From Abditibacteriaceae bacterium (lineage in GTDB: Bacteria; Armatimonadota; Abditibacteriia; Abditibacteriales; Abditibacteriaceae): DNA of 64,000 nucleotides. The position numbers and the translations under genes are program-made. Below are positions 59,351 through 64,000 of this stretch, piece by piece (position 1 is the first letter of the stretch; each line of letters starts with the position of its first letter). The stretch lies in NCBI GenBank assembly GCA_965277285.1, contig OZ255721.1, forward strand, positions 1,856,001-1,920,000. The letters are read 5' to 3'. The notes below the pieces were generated by a model, which did not search any database, was not told the DNA's origin, and worked only from the letters and a program-made list of their open reading frames with translations.

Positions 59351-59558
59351 TGCTTTACCTACTTTTTGTAGAAGTCTTCGTCAGTCTAACTACGTCTGCA
59401 AAACATGGGACTTTGCTTAACTTTTACATTCTTCAACTTCTATGTCTCAAATATGTTTGCCTAACTAAAAAGCGCATCGAGTACTCGATGTTTTACGAAC
59501 TTTGCGGCGGCGCGATTTCTACCTGTAAATATAATTTGCGGCTTGAACAACTTGACTT

Positions 59559-60500
59559 ATGAATACTCGAACTTCCCTTGAACAGAACAGCGAAATTAAT
59601 TCGCCGTTGCGCCCGTTGTTTTCGGGCAATCCGGTTTTTCCTGGCTGGTATGCCGACCCGGAACTGCACATTTTTCAAAACCGCTATTACATTTATCCGA
59701 CGACTTCGCGCGATTTTGAAGAGCAGACGAACTTTGAAGTTTTTTCGTCCGATGATTTGACGAACTGGAAAAACGAGGGCGTCATTTTAGATTTCGCCGA
59801 TGTGCCGTGGAGCACCAATCGCGCGGCGTGGGCGCCGTCCTGCATCGAGCGCGACGGAAAATTTTACTTCTACTTTTCCGCAGGAGACGGCGCGGGTCTG
59901 GGAGTCGCGGTCGCCGATCATCCCACCGGGCCATTTCGTGACGCGATTGGAAAACCTCTCATCAGCGAATATCATCACGGCGCGCAGCCGATTGACGCGC
60001 ACGTTTTCTTGGATGACGACGGTCAGGCGTATTTGTATTATGGCGGCTGGCGTCATTGCGTCGCGGTGCGCTTGAAGGACAACATGATCGAGACGACGGG
60101 CGAATTCCGTGAAATCACGCCGCAGGGTTCGGCTTATGTGGAAGGTTCGTTTATGTTGAAACGTCACGGCGAATATTATTTCATGTGGAGCGAAGGCAAC
60201 TGGGGCGATTCGACGTATGCGGTCGCCTACGCGCGCTCAAACTCTCCGCTTGGGCCGTTCGATCATCGCGCGGTTGTGCTGCAAAGCGATTCGCAAATCG
60301 GGCTAGGCGCCGGTCATCATTCGATTCTGCAATTGCCCAACAGTGACGATTGGCTGATTTGCTACCATCGTCGCCCGATTGGAGAAACGAGCGGTCATCA
60401 TCGCGTGACGTGTTTAGATCGACTGGTCTTCAACGACGAAGGTGACATCGAACCTGTCGTTTTAACTGTCGAAGGCGTTGCCGCGCATCCGTTGACGTAG
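59559..60500 (+). CDS. Glycoside hydrolase family 43
   Basis: ADP, WAP, IDA, EG and GAGHHS motifs. Confidence 0.92.
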   Translation: MNTRTSLEQNSEINSPLRPLFSGNPVFPGWYADPELHIFQNRYYIYPTTSRDFEEQTNFEVFSSDDLTNWKNEGVILDFADVPWSTNRAAWAPSCIERDGKFYFYFSAGDGAGLGVAVADHPTGPFRDAIGKPLISEYHHGAQPIDAHVFLDDDGQAYLYYGGWRHCVAVRLKDNMIETTGEFREITPQGSAYVEGSFMLKRHGEYYFMWSEGNWGDSTYAVAYARSNSPLGPFDHRAVVLQSDSQIGLGAGHHSILQLPNSDDWLICYHRRPIGETSGHHRVTCLDRLVFNDEGDIEPVVLTVEGVAAHPLT

Positions 60501-60552
60501 GTTTGTGACAATCGAGTACTCGAAAACGGGAAAGTCGAGAATACGAGAGTGA

Positions 60553-60630
60553 CTTAACGAACCCTGAGCGTCAGCGACGGGCTTTATAAACTTATACAAG
60601 ACCCGTCGCTGACGCTCAGGGTTCGTTAAG
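60553..60630. repeat. REP-like hairpin, family A
   Basis: CTTAACGAACCCTGAGCGTCAGCGACGGG and its reverse complement. Arms match 21034-21109. Confidence 0.9.
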
Positions 60631-60663
60631 CTACTGACTCATCAAGACATCACCGAAAATACA

Positions 60664-60701
60664 AAGAGCCACTGCAGAAACTAAGTTCTGCGGTGGCTCT
60701 T
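60664..60701. terminator. Terminator-like hairpin
   Basis: AAGAGCCACTGCAGAA / TTCTGCGGTGGCTCTT between convergent genes. Confidence 0.6.
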
Positions 60702-60717
60702 GCTCGTGCTGCTCAGC

Positions 60718-63195
60718 TTACTGATTGTTGCCGTTACTGTTGCTGCCGTTATCGTTGCTGCCGCGCGGCGTGACGGTGACTGTCACGGGTTGCGATTGGC
60801 GGTTGGAACTGTCGGTTTGCGTCGCGGTGATGACATACTTCAAGTTGGAAACTCCACTTGGGCTGGGCAAGTTATACGCGGAAGTCGACCAGTTGCCGTT
60901 GCCGTCGGCTTGCACCTGCTGCGTCCCCAAATCGTTCGAGTAGTTGAAGATGAGGTAGCGCGAACCTTGCGCCGCGACATCGACTTCAACCGTCGCGTTG
61001 GGCTGAGCCGAGCCGCGCACAACCAGATTGTTGCCGACCGTGCCACCATCGCGCGGCGTGGAAATCGTCAAATCGGCCATGTTGCCGTTCTGGTCGCCGC
61101 CGTTGACGGAAATCGGCGCCGTGGTGTCTTCGGTCGAAGTGTTGCCGTTGGTATCGGTGAAACGACCGCGAATGATGATCGGCGAACTCACGTTGCTGGG
61201 AACCGAAAAGCTGCCGCGATAACGTCCGTCCGAGATTTCAGTCATCGGAACGTTGCGAATCACGGTCGTGCTGTCATTGCCCAGAACATCGAAGGTCGCG
61301 TTGCCGCCGACGCCAGCGCGCATATTGACCGTCACGCGGTCGCCGACGATGGTGTCGCGCGTCGCGTTGTGCGTCAGCGAAATGATGGCGCCGCCGTTGC
61401 CGTTATTTCCGCTATTGTTGCCATTTCCATTGTCATTGACGAAATAGGAAAAGGTGCGGCGCGCGGCGTTTCCAGCGCGGTCGAAAACCGTCACATTAAC
61501 CGAAACCTGCCCGCTGAGATTATCCGGCGCGATGACGCTGACGCTGTTGGAGTTGACCGTGATGTCTTGAGGCGCAACGCTTTGCCCGTTAAACGACACG
61601 TCCGCTCTATCCAGACCGCTGCCGCCGACATCAGTCGCGTTGATGACGATGTTGCTTTGCGAAGAAGGAATCGTCGAACCCGCAACGGGCGAAATGCCTG
61701 TGATGCGCGGCGGAGTTGTGTCAATCGTCACCGACGTTTGCGATTGCTGAAACGCTTCGCGCCCGTTGTTGTTGCGCAAATAAGCGCTGACGCGTCCACC
61801 GCGCACGTTGTCGCCGCTTTGCACCGTATAAGTTCCTGTGTAAACGCCGGGACGATTGGCGTCTTCGTTCATTGGAACTTCTGGCACATCGGGCAAAACG
61901 CTGAAGGTCGCGCGCTGATTCGGCGTGCCGCGCACTGTCACGGAAAGCGTGTCGCCAGAGCGCAAAGGGCGCGTCGTGTTTTGTTGAACGAGGTTGATTT
62001 GCGGCGTATCGCTGGACGTTCCAGTACTCGATCCGTCGTTTGGCAAAGAGTTGTCGGGCAAAGTATTGTCGGGCGGCGTGGTATCGTTGCCGCCGACATT
62101 GGCGCTGTCGGCCTGACGCAGAACGCTTGGCGCTTCGGAAACCGCGACCACGCGTCGCGTCGATGGTGCAACGAAAAGCACGACGCGCTGTCCGGGTTGC
62201 AAAACGCTGGTATCGTTCGCCTGCTGGTTTTGCGCATCGAAAATCGCCAGATTACCGGCGTTCAATGTTGTGCCCGCTGAATCATCCAAAATGATTTGAT
62301 TGCCCTGCACATCGCGGATGCGCGCCGTAATCAGCGAAACCGAAGTCGTCGCATATGTGACGGCGGAATTGGAATTGAGACGTAATGTCACATCGTCTCC
62401 AGGCAACAGCGGAATGTTGCTGTTGGAAGCGTTGCTCAAAGCAATCGGCGCGTCGTAAGTGGGCGTTTGATTGCGCGTGACGCGTCCCGTGATGCGACGA
62501 TAAAAACGCGTGTTGTCGGCAAACGTATAAGTTTTGGTTTGACCAGCATCCGGCGAATTATTTGTATCGCGGACTCGAACCGTGACTGAACCCGGCGGCG
62601 TGTTATCAACGCTGACAACGCTTCCGCGCACACGAGACGCAGCCGGAAGCGTGTTGTCGTCGCCGTTATCGCCGTTATTTCCTGTTCCGTTGTCAACGGG
62701 CACGGGCGCATTAGTCGTGATTTGAACGGTGCGCAGTGCATCGTTCCAGGCGACATTGGCGCCGAGTGCTTCCGAAACGAAGCGCAGCGGAACCAGCGTG
62801 CGCCCACTTTGCACCTGCGCCGGAACATCCAGCGTGCGCGATTGGCCGTTCACATAAGCGCGTGCTGAACCGACAGTCAATTGAACGCGCGTGTCGCCCT
62901 GCGTGGCGGTAATGGCTTGCGTCTCGTTGTTGTAATCGACAAAGGCGCCCAAGGCTTCAAATACGCCGCGCAAAGGAACGAGCACGCGTCCCGATTGCTG
63001 CAAGGGCGAGACGCCACCAAAATCAATTGAATTGCCATTGAGCGTGACACGAATTGGATCGTTGGGGTTGACTTGCGCGTAGGCCGGACGCATTGCGGAC
63101 TGTTGCAAAGGCAGCACAGCCATTGCTACAATCGTGGCGAGCTTCAGGCTGCGTCGCACAGAACGCGTCTTGCGATGATAAATAAAAGGTTCCAT
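60718..63195 (-). CDS. Secreted protein with copper-amine-oxidase N-terminal (stalk) domain and Ig-like repeats
   Basis: GRVLVPLRGVFEALGA and GRTLVPLRFVSEALGA; IDTTPP and DRAGN Ig-like motifs. Confidence 0.85.
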   Translation of the reverse strand: MEPFIYHRKTRSVRRSLKLATIVAMAVLPLQQSAMRPAYAQVNPNDPIRVTLNGNSIDFGGVSPLQQSGRVLVPLRGVFEALGAFVDYNNETQAITATQGDTRVQLTVGSARAYVNGQSRTLDVPAQVQSGRTLVPLRFVSEALGANVAWNDALRTVQITTNAPVPVDNGTGNNGDNGDDNTLPAASRVRGSVVSVDNTPPGSVTVRVRDTNNSPDAGQTKTYTFADNTRFYRRITGRVTRNQTPTYDAPIALSNASNSNIPLLPGDDVTLRLNSNSAVTYATTSVSLITARIRDVQGNQIILDDSAGTTLNAGNLAIFDAQNQQANDTSVLQPGQRVVLFVAPSTRRVVAVSEAPSVLRQADSANVGGNDTTPPDNTLPDNSLPNDGSSTGTSSDTPQINLVQQNTTRPLRSGDTLSVTVRGTPNQRATFSVLPDVPEVPMNEDANRPGVYTGTYTVQSGDNVRGGRVSAYLRNNNGREAFQQSQTSVTIDTTPPRITGISPVAGSTIPSSQSNIVINATDVGGSGLDRADVSFNGQSVAPQDITVNSNSVSVIAPDNLSGQVSVNVTVFDRAGNAARRTFSYFVNDNGNGNNSGNNGNGGAIISLTHNATRDTIVGDRVTVNMRAGVGGNATFDVLGNDSTTVIRNVPMTEISDGRYRGSFSVPSNVSSPIIIRGRFTDTNGNTSTEDTTAPISVNGGDQNGNMADLTISTPRDGGTVGNNLVVRGSAQPNATVEVDVAAQGSRYLIFNYSNDLGTQQVQADGNGNWSTSAYNLPSPSGVSNLKYVITATQTDSSNRQSQPVTVTVTPRGSNDNGSNSNGNNQ

Positions 63196-63537
63196 AAGTG
63201 TTGCTCCAGAAAATGGTGAAACGGTGCGGCCAAAGGTTAAAAGAAACGTGCGACTAAAGGCAGTTGAGAGCTTTTGTTTCTGATAGAGGAACGAGAAAAC
63301 GTGTTGTACAGGGCAAAGCGGGAGCCATCGAAGCAAAAACCGAAACCGGACAGCGCCATGTTGTAGAGTGCGCAGACGAAAAATCGAAGCGCGAAGTTCA
63401 CAGCGTCACAAATCTAATGATTCGAGTACTCGAAATCGGTTCGCGGAAGTGCGCGCTCTCTATTGTAAACTGTGGCGGCAAATTGGGCGATGAGTTGAGT
63501 GAATGAAAAGCGTTCGATAACGGATGAAACCGACGAA

Positions 63538-64000
63538 ATGAAACGAGTGCGCATCGCGGTCATTGGCGCGGGAACGCGAGCCGAATGGGGCGTTTTGCCG
63601 GTCTTGTCGGGGCCGGACATCGCGGCGCCGCCCGATACCGGCGCCTGGTGGTCGCGCCGCGCGGACGCCGGTTCGTCGTCGGAAATTCGTTATCAACCGC
63701 CTGCGATTCCTGAAGTCGTCGCGTTGTGCGACAGCGACCGCAAGCGCGCGGTTCGCGTGGCGGCGGCGTCTCGCGTGCGCGCGGTTTATTCTGATTGGCG
63801 CGTTCTACTGCGCGAAGTCGAATGCGACGCGATTGTTTGCACCGATCCGCGACCTGAAATTGCGGCTGAAATCGCGCTCGCCTTGCCGCCCAATTGCCGT
63901 TTGTGGATCGACGGTTTGCCGTCGTTTTCGCTGGAGCGTGCGCAAACTTTGGAAATGCAGTTGCGCAGTCGCATCGACAAAATCTGGTGCGCGCGAACTT
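63538..64000 (+). CDS. Gfo/Idh/MocA-like oxidoreductase, partial
   Basis: MKRVRIAVIGAG, EVVALCD and VYSDWR. The frame is open to the window end. Confidence 0.7.
   Translation, partial: MKRVRIAVIGAGTRAEWGVLPVLSGPDIAAPPDTGAWWSRRADAGSSSEIRYQPPAIPEVVALCDSDRKRAVRVAAASRVRAVYSDWRVLLREVECDAIVCTDPRPEIAAEIALALPPNCRLWIDGLPSFSLERAQTLEMQLRSRIDKIWCART

Larger units (their letters stand above)
437..63433. repeat. Dispersed highly iterated palindrome TCGAGTACTCGA (HIP1-like)
   Basis: Perfect copies start at 437, 1208, 4283, 5807, 6368, 6901, 7848, 9704, 11948, 13733, 16379, 18550, 19387, 21015, 22745, 24658, 30256, 30282, 30965, 32650, 33593, 36444, 38765, 40699, 42066, 42903, 44618, 45599, 46253, 49221, 49996, 52227, 52976, 55363, 56391, 57939, 58858, 59477, 60512, 63422. 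About 20 near-matches are also present. Confidence 0.98.

Noticed and set aside
60700..62280. 526-aa plus-strand ORF
   Set aside because: Antisense to the well-supported stalk-domain gene and has no recognisable motifs.
437..63433. The palindrome as a CRISPR repeat or a cloning/linker artefact
   Set aside because: Copies are 12 bp, about 1 kb apart and lie in frame within intact genes. Natural variants and a paralog-conserved position argue for a biological origin. No cas genes are present.
437..63433. The palindrome as parS or a classical transcription-factor operator
   Set aside because: It does not match the parS consensus, it is far too dense, and half the copies are inside CDS.
1..64000. 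tRNA, rRNA, integron integrase or a motif-cognate methyltransferase
   Set aside because: None recognised in the window. Any trans-acting factor for the palindrome or the cassette must be encoded elsewhere or be among the hypothetical proteins.

Overview
This is chromosomal DNA of roughly 55-58% GC from a diderm bacterium (TolC and RND/MFS pumps). The lineage is uncertain; Armatimonadota/Abditibacteriota-like is a guess. It carries about 50 CDS: three tandem secreted paralogs, Nth/ADP-ribosylglycohydrolase/EamA, a C13 peptidase, a large glycoside hydrolase, a MarR-TolC-EmrA-SDR-EmrB-AcrB-AcrA efflux cluster, a GAF kinase with a receiver protein, central-carbon genes (fba, PPi-type pfk, DAHP synthase, zwf, pgl), a glycosylation cluster, an IS5 element and several REP-like hairpin families. 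The dominant unexplained signal is a 12-bp palindrome, TCGAGTACTCGA (14-bp consensus WTCGAGTACTCGAW). By hand I count 40 perfect copies and about 20 near-matches, roughly one per kb, half inside genes in all three frames. It looks like a HIP1-type highly iterated palindrome with a sequence I do not recognise. The second highlight is a complete solitary integron cassette (50265-50870) with a canonical attC. It sits in a GTT site of a small host ORF, in frame with that ORF's start codon, and no integrase is present in the window. All counts and coordinates were read by eye.
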